In this document: positions 9,000 to 16,064 of the stretch, one piece after another
How positions within the stretch are numbered: position 1 is the first letter of the stretch
How the letters are laid out: each line of letters starts with the position of its first letter
From: Patescibacteria group bacterium
Lineage (GTDB): Bacteria > Patescibacteriota > Minisyncoccia > Phycocordibacterales > DATDSR01
Assembly: GCA_038062165.1 (NCBI GenBank)
Contig: JBBTXQ010000027.1
Span: 1-39,819, forward strand
Length of the DNA: 39,819 nucleotides
Reading direction: 5' to 3'
Program-made: the position numbers and the translations under genes
The notes under the pieces: model-generated
What the model was told of the DNA's origin: nothing
Databases searched by the model: none
Seen by the model: only the letters and a program-made list of their open reading frames with translations

Positions 9000-9029
9000 A
9001 AAATCCCTTCCGGAAACGGTAGGGATTTT
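9000..9029 (+). terminator. Rho-independent terminator after the micropeptide
   Basis: AAAATCCCTTCCG-GAAA-CGGTAGGGATTTT. Confidence 0.7.
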
Positions 9030-9048
9030 ATGTTATAATTGAGCACTT

Positions 9049-11556
9049 ATGTCATTTCTAAACAAAATTTTTGGCAACGCAGGCGACCGCCGAGTCAAGG
9101 AAGTTGCCCCTTTAGTCGAGCAAGTTAACTCCCACGAGGACGGAATAAAAGCGCTTTCTGATCAAGAACTTAAGGCTAAAACACTTGAGTTTAAGGCTCG
9201 ATTAGAGAAGGGCGAGACTTTGGACGATATTTTGCCTGAAGCTTTTGCTTGTGCGCGTGAGGCGGCTCGGCGCACTCGAGTCGAGCGACACTTTGACGTG
9301 CAATTGATTGGCGGGGTTGTTCTACACCAGAAGGGCATTGCCGAGATGCGTACCGGAGAAGGCAAAACTCTTGTGGCCACTTTGCCCGCGTATCTGAATG
9401 CGCTTACAAGGAAGGGCGTGCACATTGTAACTGTGAATGATTATCTCTCGCGACGTGATGCTACTTGGATGGGGCAAGTTTATAACGCACTCGGCCTTTC
9501 TGTTGGCGTGCTTAATCACGAGGCGTCATATATATATGACGAAAGCGCAAAACTCAAAGCGCAAAACTCAAATCTTGACGAAGAGAGAGACACAGAGGGA
9601 TACTTCAAAGTTGTGCACGAGTTCTTGCGACCGGTGTCACGCCGCGAAGCTTATCAAGCCGATATCACATATGGCACTAATAACGAATTTGGCTTTGATT
9701 ATTTGCGAGATAATCTTTCGTATCATCCCGATGGTTTGGTTCAGCGCGAACATAATTACGCAATTGTTGACGAAGTTGACTCTATTTTAATAGACGAAGC
9801 ACGCACACCTTTGATTATCTCCGGGCCCATAGGCGAGAGCGAATCGCTCTACGGCCAGTTTGCCAAGATCTCTGGCCAATTGATGGAAGGTGAAGACTAT
9901 ACTAAAGACGAAAAGTTAAAGGCAATTCAAATTACAGAAAAAGGGATAGAGAAAGTCGAAAAGATTTTGGGAATAGAAAATATTTATACTGATAAGGGCA
10001 TCAAGTATGTTCACCATCTTGAGACTGCCGTCCGCGCGAAAGCGTTATTTCTGAATGAGAAAGATTACGTAGTGCGCGAGGGTAAGGTGGTAATAGTAGA
10101 TGCCTTCACAGGCCGCCTTCAACCCGGCAGACGTTGGAGTGAGGGCTTGCATCAAGCCATTGAGGCCAAAGAGGGAGTTAAAGTTGAGCAAGAATCGCGC
10201 ACTTATGCCTCTATCACATTCCAGAACTATTTCAGACTCTACAATAAGCTCTCTGGCATGACGGGCACGGCCCTGACAAGCGCAGAAGAGTTTGCTAAAG
10301 TTTATGGCCTGGAAGTCACAAGTATCCCCACCAACAAACCATCCAAGAGAACAGATTATAACGATCTAGTATTTCAAAGTGAGAAGGGCAAATTCCAAGC
10401 AGTAGCTAAGAAAGTCAAAGAACTTAATCAAAAGGGTCAACCAGTCTTGATCGGCACAGTCTCGATCGATAAGAACGAGATGTTAAGTGCGTATTTAACG
10501 CGCGAAGGGGTGCGTCACAATCTCTTGAACGCCAAGAATCACGAGAACGAAGGCGCGATTATAGCTGATGCTGGCAAGAAGGGTTCTGTGACTGTGGCCA
10601 CTAACATGGCTGGCCGCGGCGTAGACATCAAGCTTCGTGGCACACATGCAAATGAGAGCGAGCATGATGAAGTCAAGACTTTAGGAGGTTTGTTTGTTTT
10701 GGGAACAGAGCGTCACGAAGCCAGACGCATAGACAACCAACTAAGGGGTCGCGCGGGCAGACAAGGTGACGCGGGAGAAACTCAATTTTTTGTGTCGCTT
10801 GAAGATGACTTAATGCGCATATTCGGCTCTGAACGCATCAAGAGCATGATGGGTAAGTTTGGCATCAAAGAAGACGAGCCCATAGAAAGTCGGTTAGTCT
10901 CAAAATCGATAGAAGGGGCACAAGAAAAAATAGAGGGCTTTCATTTTGACGCTCGCAAGCACACGCTCGAATATGACGACGTGCTTAATTTTCAACGTAA
11001 GCTTATCTATGGTCGCAGACGCAAACTGCTTGTGGGCACAGATCAAGAAGTAGAGTTGTATTTGTCTGAATTAATGGCCGGTAATCAAGAACTTGAGGAG
11101 CTGATTACTAAAAAAAGGGAAGAATTAAATAGTCCGCCAGCTGGCGGATTCTTACCCAGTGTGCGTCAACTATTGCTCCAGATCATAGACATGCTTTGGC
11201 TTGAGCACTTAGAAGCGATGGATTATTTGCGCTCTTCCGTGCGCCTGCGAGCCTATGGCCAGCGAGATCCACTCATCGAGTACAAGCGCGAAGGTTTGAG
11301 TATGTTCAAAGAACTCGAAGCCAACTTGGTTGCAAACATAACCCACATGCTCCCGAACGTAGGCGGCGTCAGGATTACTAGCGAGCAGAAGAACTTAAAC
11401 GAAGTGCGCGAAGGAGCGAAAGATATAGCCACCCGTTCACTTAGCGACCATGTCGCTAAGTCAAAAGAAGTGGGCCGTAACGACCCTTGCCCGTGCGGAA
11501 GCGGTCTAAAGTATAAACGTTGTGGCATGATAAATGCTCCAGAGCATAATGGGTAG
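9049..11556 (+). CDS. secA: Preprotein translocase ATPase SecA
   Basis: MRTGEGKT, VTVNDYL, DEVDSILIDEARTPLIISG, TNMAGRG, QLRGRAGRQGD and C-terminal SEC-C motif GRNDPCPCGSGLKYKRC. Confidence 0.99.
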   Translation: MSFLNKIFGNAGDRRVKEVAPLVEQVNSHEDGIKALSDQELKAKTLEFKARLEKGETLDDILPEAFACAREAARRTRVERHFDVQLIGGVVLHQKGIAEMRTGEGKTLVATLPAYLNALTRKGVHIVTVNDYLSRRDATWMGQVYNALGLSVGVLNHEASYIYDESAKLKAQNSNLDEERDTEGYFKVVHEFLRPVSRREAYQADITYGTNNEFGFDYLRDNLSYHPDGLVQREHNYAIVDEVDSILIDEARTPLIISGPIGESESLYGQFAKISGQLMEGEDYTKDEKLKAIQITEKGIEKVEKILGIENIYTDKGIKYVHHLETAVRAKALFLNEKDYVVREGKVVIVDAFTGRLQPGRRWSEGLHQAIEAKEGVKVEQESRTYASITFQNYFRLYNKLSGMTGTALTSAEEFAKVYGLEVTSIPTNKPSKRTDYNDLVFQSEKGKFQAVAKKVKELNQKGQPVLIGTVSIDKNEMLSAYLTREGVRHNLLNAKNHENEGAIIADAGKKGSVTVATNMAGRGVDIKLRGTHANESEHDEVKTLGGLFVLGTERHEARRIDNQLRGRAGRQGDAGETQFFVSLEDDLMRIFGSERIKSMMGKFGIKEDEPIESRLVSKSIEGAQEKIEGFHFDARKHTLEYDDVLNFQRKLIYGRRRKLLVGTDQEVELYLSELMAGNQELEELITKKREELNSPPAGGFLPSVRQLLLQIIDMLWLEHLEAMDYLRSSVRLRAYGQRDPLIEYKREGLSMFKELEANLVANITHMLPNVGGVRITSEQKNLNEVREGAKDIATRSLSDHVAKSKEVGRNDPCPCGSGLKYKRCGMINAPEHNG
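9542..9572. repeat. Tandem heptamer-based repeat inside secA
   Basis: (AAAGCGC AAAACTC)x2 AAA, within ESAKLKAQNSN. Confidence 0.6.
11131..11150. repeat. In-frame palindrome in secA
   Basis: TCCGCCAGCTGGCGGA perfect 16-bp palindrome (11133-11148), encodes SPPAGGF. Confidence 0.8.
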
Positions 11557-11588
11557 ATTGAGCTTAAGTTCTGTGATATGATAGACTC

Positions 11589-11813
11589 ATGAATCAGCAC
11601 GAATTTACAGCTGTGTACCAGAAAAGAGGGAATTGGATTTTGGCTTGGATCGAAGAAATCCCGGGCGTAAATACGCAAGGCAGGACTAGGAAGGAAGCAA
11701 AAGAAAATTTAAAAGAGGCCCTACAGTTAGTCCTCGAAACGAACTACGCACTTTCTTCTGGAAAAGAAACCGAAACTAGTAGGGAATCTTTCAGGATAGC
11801 TGTCCCCGCTTAA
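11589..11813 (+). CDS. hicB: HicB-family antitoxin (short, no DNA-binding domain)
   Basis: WIEEIPGVNTQGRTRKEAKENLKEAL partial RNase H fold signature. Confidence 0.9.
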   Translation: MNQHEFTAVYQKRGNWILAWIEEIPGVNTQGRTRKEAKENLKEALQLVLETNYALSSGKETETSRESFRIAVPA

Positions 11814-11817
11814 CTTT

Positions 11818-12012
11818 ATGAAGAGGGTTGACCTCTTGAGATATTTGAATGAGCAAGGGTGTCTAATGATCAGAGAGGGCAAGAAACATTCAGTTCTCAT
11901 CAATCCCAATACTGAACGTACCTCGACTGTACCTAGACACAATGAGGTCGATAGCTTTTTGGCCAAGAAGATCTGCAAAGATCTAGGCATAAAACAGCTA
12001 GAAAAAAAGTAA
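11818..12012 (+). CDS. hicA: HicA-family mRNA interferase toxin
   Basis: GC...REGKKHS and VPRH.EV...LAKKICKDLG; downstream of hicB. Confidence 0.9.
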   Translation: MKRVDLLRYLNEQGCLMIREGKKHSVLINPNTERTSTVPRHNEVDSFLAKKICKDLGIKQLEKK

Positions 12013-12443
12013 TGGACAAGAAAATTGCAGAGAACATTCAGGGGAAGGTTGAAGGTTTGTTGCTAACGTTGGGAGGTGACTTGCGGATTGCGACCAAGGA
12101 TCAATGCAGTGAAGTGGCTCGACTGGTTGGGTGTTGGATATTAAATGAGTGCCCTGGGTGCGAAGTTCAGGTTTGGAAGGGGGAATTATCTGGTGAGCTA
12201 GCTCACGATATCTTGGTTGTAAAAATTGACAACCTACTTTATTTAACAGACCCAACAATATGGCAGATATTTCCGGAAAGCGAAAGCATATTTGTTGGAT
12301 CTGGCCAGAATGCATTAGAAGTAATCAACCTCCTCACGGTTAAATACGGCGGGACATGGGGAATGTCCGAGGTCATGAAGAATTGTGACGAAAGGTACCA
12401 GCGAGAGCTTCTAACCACAATACATGAAAACTCTCAAGCTTAA
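12012..12443 (+). CDS. Hypothetical protein, possible transglutaminase/papain-like fold
   Basis: Candidate Cys-His-Asp triad: DQCSEVAR, LAHDIL, LTDPT; TAATG overlap with hicA. Confidence 0.55.
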   Translation: MDKKIAENIQGKVEGLLLTLGGDLRIATKDQCSEVARLVGCWILNECPGCEVQVWKGELSGELAHDILVVKIDNLLYLTDPTIWQIFPESESIFVGSGQNALEVINLLTVKYGGTWGMSEVMKNCDERYQRELLTTIHENSQA

Positions 12444-12491
12444 TGATGGCAAGAACTAACTGGTATTCGAACTTATGCTAGACTAGCTGAC

Positions 12492-12884
12492 ATGAAGGGG
12501 CTAGAGAAGGATATTTTGAAATACTTGAAGGAGCGGGGGTGGGATAATCTTCGGCCATCGGATCTAGCCAAATCAATCATGATCGAGGGAGCAGAGCTTT
12601 TGGAACTTTTTCAGTGGGATAACCAGGAACTTAAGGGGGTGAGGAAAAACAAAGAAAAGCTCGAGAGCATTAAGAAAGAACTTGCGGATGTAATGATATA
12701 CGCAATCGAAATGTCGGTTCTGCTCGGTCTTGATACTAAGGAGATTATTCGTACCAAACTACACAAATCAGCAGAGAAATATCCTGCAAAGTTGATGAAG
12801 AAAAATGCCAAGAAAGGGGCTGGTTCAGGAGGAGACACAGATTATTGGAAGATAAAGCGAGCTCACCGAGTAAAGGTTAAATGA
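12492..12884 (+). CDS. MazG-like nucleotide pyrophosphohydrolase
   Basis: DLAKSIMIEGAELLELFQW, KKELADV and K....EKYP all-alpha NTP-PPase motifs. Confidence 0.9.
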   Translation: MKGLEKDILKYLKERGWDNLRPSDLAKSIMIEGAELLELFQWDNQELKGVRKNKEKLESIKKELADVMIYAIEMSVLLGLDTKEIIRTKLHKSAEKYPAKLMKKNAKKGAGSGGDTDYWKIKRAHRVKVK

Positions 12885-13060
12885 AAAAGAATAAAGTCAT
12901 GGGTCGAGTAAGTAAAGAGAGGTTACAGCACTTCAATTGTGGCAAGTGCACGCGTTGGTGGAGTATTGGCGATGCGTCTGTGAATAAGAAGGTCTGGCAT
13001 TGCCCTTGGTGCGGTTTGAAGCAAGAGTTTAAAATTATGCCACTTTCAAAATCGAAATGA
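12881..13060 (+). CDS. 59-aa zinc-ribbon microprotein
   Basis: Not in the track; HFNCGKCTRWWSIGDA...WHCPWCG (two CxxC); ATGA overlaps with both neighbours. Confidence 0.8.
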   Translation: MKKNKVMGRVSKERLQHFNCGKCTRWWSIGDASVNKKVWHCPWCGLKQEFKIMPLSKSK

Positions 13061-13953
13061 AAAAACTTATCGTTACTCATAGTGGCACTTTTCATCCGGA
13101 CGATCTCTTGGCATGTACGGTTATAAAAATTATTGAGGAGAGGCAGGGCAATAGTGTGGGAATTATGCGGAGTCGCAAAGAGGAAGATTGGGCTCGGGGT
13201 GATTATGTAATAGATGTTGGTTCTGTTTATGATCCAGAGCACAATAGATTCGATCACCATCAGAAGGGTGGCGCGGGTGGGCGTGAGAATGGCATCAAAT
13301 ATTCGTCGTTGGGTCTTGTGTGGCAGAAATTTGGCATAGAGTTTTGCGAAGGTAACGAAGAGATCGCCAACAAAATAGATAAGAAAATTGTTGAAGCGAC
13401 GGACGCTCTCGATAATGGTCAAGTTGTGGTGGAGAGCAAATATAAAGATGTATATCCATACACACTCTATGACGTGTTTGATCTATATCGCCCGGCATGG
13501 CACGAGAAGCACAAGACATTTGATGAGGGATTCTTAGAAGCGGTTACTTTTGTTGAGAGATTCTTATTGCGAGAAGTTGAGATGGAGAAGGCTCTCATTG
13601 TCGCTCGCGAACGCGTACACGCCCTGCTCGCAGACAGAGAAGATAGGAGGCTTTTAGTAATGGACGAATATATCCCCATACACAATGACATATACGAAAA
13701 AGAAAAGGAGCTTTTATTTGTAGTTTCACCAGACCCTTCAGGCAGATGGGCAGTTCACACAGTTCCGGCCGCATTGCACACATATGACAGTCGCAAGCTT
13801 TTTCCCAGGAATTGGGCTGGCAAAACAGAGGATGAGTTAGCAAAAGTAACTGGCATTGGCGATGCTCTCTTTTGCCACAACGCCAGGTTTATTGCAGTTG
13901 CGGCGAGCAAAGAAGGGGCAATCGCATTGGCCAAACTTGCGCTTGCAGAATAA
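13057..13953 (+). CDS. MYG1 (UPF0160) family metal-dependent hydrolase/exonuclease
   Basis: THSGTFHPDD, DVG.VYDP...RFDHHQ, YSSLGLVW, DALDNG and FCH..RFIA. Confidence 0.95.
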   Translation: MKKLIVTHSGTFHPDDLLACTVIKIIEERQGNSVGIMRSRKEEDWARGDYVIDVGSVYDPEHNRFDHHQKGGAGGRENGIKYSSLGLVWQKFGIEFCEGNEEIANKIDKKIVEATDALDNGQVVVESKYKDVYPYTLYDVFDLYRPAWHEKHKTFDEGFLEAVTFVERFLLREVEMEKALIVARERVHALLADREDRRLLVMDEYIPIHNDIYEKEKELLFVVSPDPSGRWAVHTVPAALHTYDSRKLFPRNWAGKTEDELAKVTGIGDALFCHNARFIAVAASKEGAIALAKLALAE

Positions 13954-13992
13954 GTGTGTTTTGTGGTATAATTCGAACAGGAGGGTCCCAAG

Positions 13993-14442
13993 ATGACGGC
14001 AAGATCTCGTAAGGGAGCGTTGAAGAGCTTTCACTATCACAGAAACCAATTATTCTATTGTAATAATCAGATCCAGGGATACGACAGTATTCCGGAGTGG
14101 ATCATCGCGAAGTGTCTGGCTTGGTGGCATAGCTTCTGTGCTGGCCAGATGGCCATGGATCTCTACAGTCAGCGTGACGAGTTCCCGATCGCAGGCCCCG
14201 AGTGGTGGCCACTCATGCAATTTCTCTCCGACGACTTCTCCGGAGCCTTCTTCAACATCGAAGAGCTCAAGAAGGTGGTGGAGGAGGCCATCGCCCACCC
14301 GGATTGCCCGCCACACGACCAGGCCATGATCCTCGAGATTCTCGAGGCGCATTATTTACAAAAAGAAATGGTGACGGAATCGTTCATGATCAATGATCGC
14401 ATCAAGCTGATCCGGGGGCGTGCACCAGTCATCAGTCTATAG
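13993..14442 (+). CDS. Hypothetical protein (stand-alone orphan cassette)
   Basis: TG-g-TATAAT (13964-13972), AGGAGG Shine-Dalgarno, GC-rich centre and own terminator. Confidence 0.65.
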   Translation: MTARSRKGALKSFHYHRNQLFYCNNQIQGYDSIPEWIIAKCLAWWHSFCAGQMAMDLYSQRDEFPIAGPEWWPLMQFLSDDFSGAFFNIEELKKVVEEAIAHPDCPPHDQAMILEILEAHYLQKEMVTESFMINDRIKLIRGRAPVISL

Positions 14443-14461
14443 AAAATAAGAAGAGAGATTG

Positions 14462-14490
14462 ACAGGATGGGCGAACACCCATCCTGTTTT
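14462..14490 (+). terminator. Rho-independent terminator
   Basis: ACAGGATGGG-CGAACA-CCCATCCTGT followed by a T-run. Confidence 0.75.
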
Positions 14491-14515
14491 CATTTTGTTT
14501 TGATATTATGCAGTA

Positions 14516-15544
14516 ATGATTATCAGAGAAAACGTGTTGCTTGCGCCATACACAACATTGCGTATCGGTGGGCCGGCAAGGTATTTCGCAGAGATTGAAA
14601 ACGAGCAGGAGCTTTCCGAAGGCTTAACCTTTGCGAAGGTTAAGCCTTCGGGTTTACCAATTTTCGTGTTAGGTGGTGGGTCAAACATTTTAGTTTCTGA
14701 CAAAGGCTTCGACGGACTAGTGATCAGACCCATGATCATGGGCAGAGAAGTAATATCCCCACCTATACCCTCCCCTTATAATAAGGGGAGGGCTGGGGAG
14801 GAGATAAGAATCAGGGTGGGAGCAGGGGAGGTGCTTGATGATGTGATCGGGTGGACGGTAGAGAACGGTTGGTGGGGTCTCGAAAACTTATCCTTTATCC
14901 CGGGTCTCACGGGCGCGCTGGCTATACAAAATGTAGGCGCTTATGGGACTGAAGCAAGTGAAGTAATCGAGAGCGTGGAAGTGTTTGACAGGGCGAATAA
15001 TGATTTAAGAATTATGAGTAATGAAGAGTGCGGGTTTGAATATAGAAGGAGTCGTTTTAATACTACTGATAAAAATAAATTCATAATATTGCGTGTGCTT
15101 CTTAAGCTTAAAAAAAATGGCAGGTCTAATCTATCATACGAAGATGTCAAAAGTTATTTTGGGAATCGCCTGCCTGCCGGCAAGACAGGGATTCCCAAGT
15201 TGATTGAACTACGTAATGCAATAATTGAAATTAGAAAAAATAAGGGCCAGGATCCAAATGAGATCTGGAGCGCAGGATCGTTCTTTAAGAACTTCGTTGT
15301 ATGTGACAACGAAGGAGTTGAGTACAAAATTTCGGCCGCCGAGATCCTCGATAAGAGATTGGGTCTTAAGGGCTTGCAAGTAGGCGGGGCTAAACTTAGT
15401 GAGAAGCAGGTGATAAATATGGTGAACACGGGCAACGCCACAGCTCGTGATTGCATAGAACTGTTTGAAAGAGTGCGGGCCATAGTTCTGGATAAAACAG
15501 GGTTGAAGCTAGTGAACGAGCCAGAGTTTGTGGGCTTTGAATAG
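14516..15544 (+). CDS. murB: UDP-N-acetylmuramate dehydrogenase
   Basis: TTLRIGGPA, LGGGSNIL, GLENLSFIPG..G, QNVGAYG, FEYRRSRF, SAGSFFKN and L.NEP. Confidence 0.96.
   Translation: MIIRENVLLAPYTTLRIGGPARYFAEIENEQELSEGLTFAKVKPSGLPIFVLGGGSNILVSDKGFDGLVIRPMIMGREVISPPIPSPYNKGRAGEEIRIRVGAGEVLDDVIGWTVENGWWGLENLSFIPGLTGALAIQNVGAYGTEASEVIESVEVFDRANNDLRIMSNEECGFEYRRSRFNTTDKNKFIILRVLLKLKKNGRSNLSYEDVKSYFGNRLPAGKTGIPKLIELRNAIIEIRKNKGQDPNEIWSAGSFFKNFVVCDNEGVEYKISAAEILDKRLGLKGLQVGGAKLSEKQVINMVNTGNATARDCIELFERVRAIVLDKTGLKLVNEPEFVGFE
14616..14651. repeat. In-frame REP doublet (REPIN-like) in murB
   Basis: CCGAAGGCTTAACCTT-TGCG-AAGGTTAAGCCTTCGG perfect 16-bp stem made of two inverted GAAGG-N5-CCTT units. Confidence 0.85.
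14756..14799. repeat. In-frame palindrome in murB
   Basis: CCCTCCCCTTAT-A-ATAAGGGGAGGG (14768-14792) with outer TCCCCA/TGGGGA; encodes SPPIPSPYNKGRAGE. Confidence 0.85.
15159..15198. repeat. In-frame palindrome in murB
   Basis: TTGGGAATC-G-CCTGCCTGCCGGCAAGACAGG-GATTCCCAA; encodes GNRLPAGKTGIP. Confidence 0.85.
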
Positions 15545-15548
15545 TAGG

Positions 15549-15572
15549 GCCGCCCGGTTTATGCCGGGCGGC
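15549..15572. terminator. Hairpin between convergent genes
   Basis: GCCGCCCGG-TTTATG-CCGGGCGGC. Confidence 0.6.
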
Positions 15573-15595
15573 GGATGAGTGTCCGAGGGGAGATT

Positions 15596-15769
15596 TTATC
15601 GGCCTTCTTTCTGGTGTGTTGTGTGGGTAAAGAGGTACTTGTTGACCAAATAGCTGGCCCCTTCGAATGCGACCGTGAGGCAGATGATTGCGGTAACAAT
15701 GATAACACCCACCCAGTCGATCTTGTATTTCTCGTCGCGCCCAATCACGGCCCTTCGCTCCCACGACAT
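15596..15769 (-). CDS. 57-aa single-pass membrane protein
   Basis: Not in the track; MSWERRAVIGRDEKYKIDWVGVIIVTAIICLTVAFEGASYLVNKYLF...; one clear hydrophobic helix; overlaps the 3' end of the upstream ORF. Confidence 0.5.
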   Translation of the reverse strand: MSWERRAVIGRDEKYKIDWVGVIIVTAIICLTVAFEGASYLVNKYLFTHTTHQKEGR

Positions 15770-16008
15770 TGCGTCTCAGCTTTGTTCGTAGTTACCTTTG
15801 TTGCGTGCTTGATGGCGTCATTGTTCCCTGAGTGAATGAGGATGCCACCAAAGAAAGTGAGAACAGTGGCGCAAACGATTGCTCCGGGCAGAAGCACCCA
15901 AAGATTCTGTTGGTGTTGACCAGCTGTTCGTTTGTGCAATGCTGTCACAGCGGCAATTCCTGCCGATACTCCCGCCAAGAACACAAGTACGGCTCCGAAA
16001 AAAGTCAT
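15745..16008 (-). CDS. 87-aa two-TM membrane protein
   Basis: Start moved to the ATG at 16008 behind GGAGG (16016-16020); two hydrophobic segments. Confidence 0.6.
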   Translation of the reverse strand: MTFFGAVLVFLAGVSAGIAAVTALHKRTAGQHQQNLWVLLPGAIVCATVLTFFGGILIHSGNNDAIKHATKVTTNKAETQCRGSEGP

Positions 16009-16064
16009 TCGCGTTCCTCCTGCGAGTAAGTTAGCACGTGGTATAATATGTTGCAAACTACAAG

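Noticed and set aside
14729-14742. Perfect palindrome CCCATGATCATGGG in murB
   Set aside because: Single copy with no evident peptide insertion; not counted as a mobile hairpin
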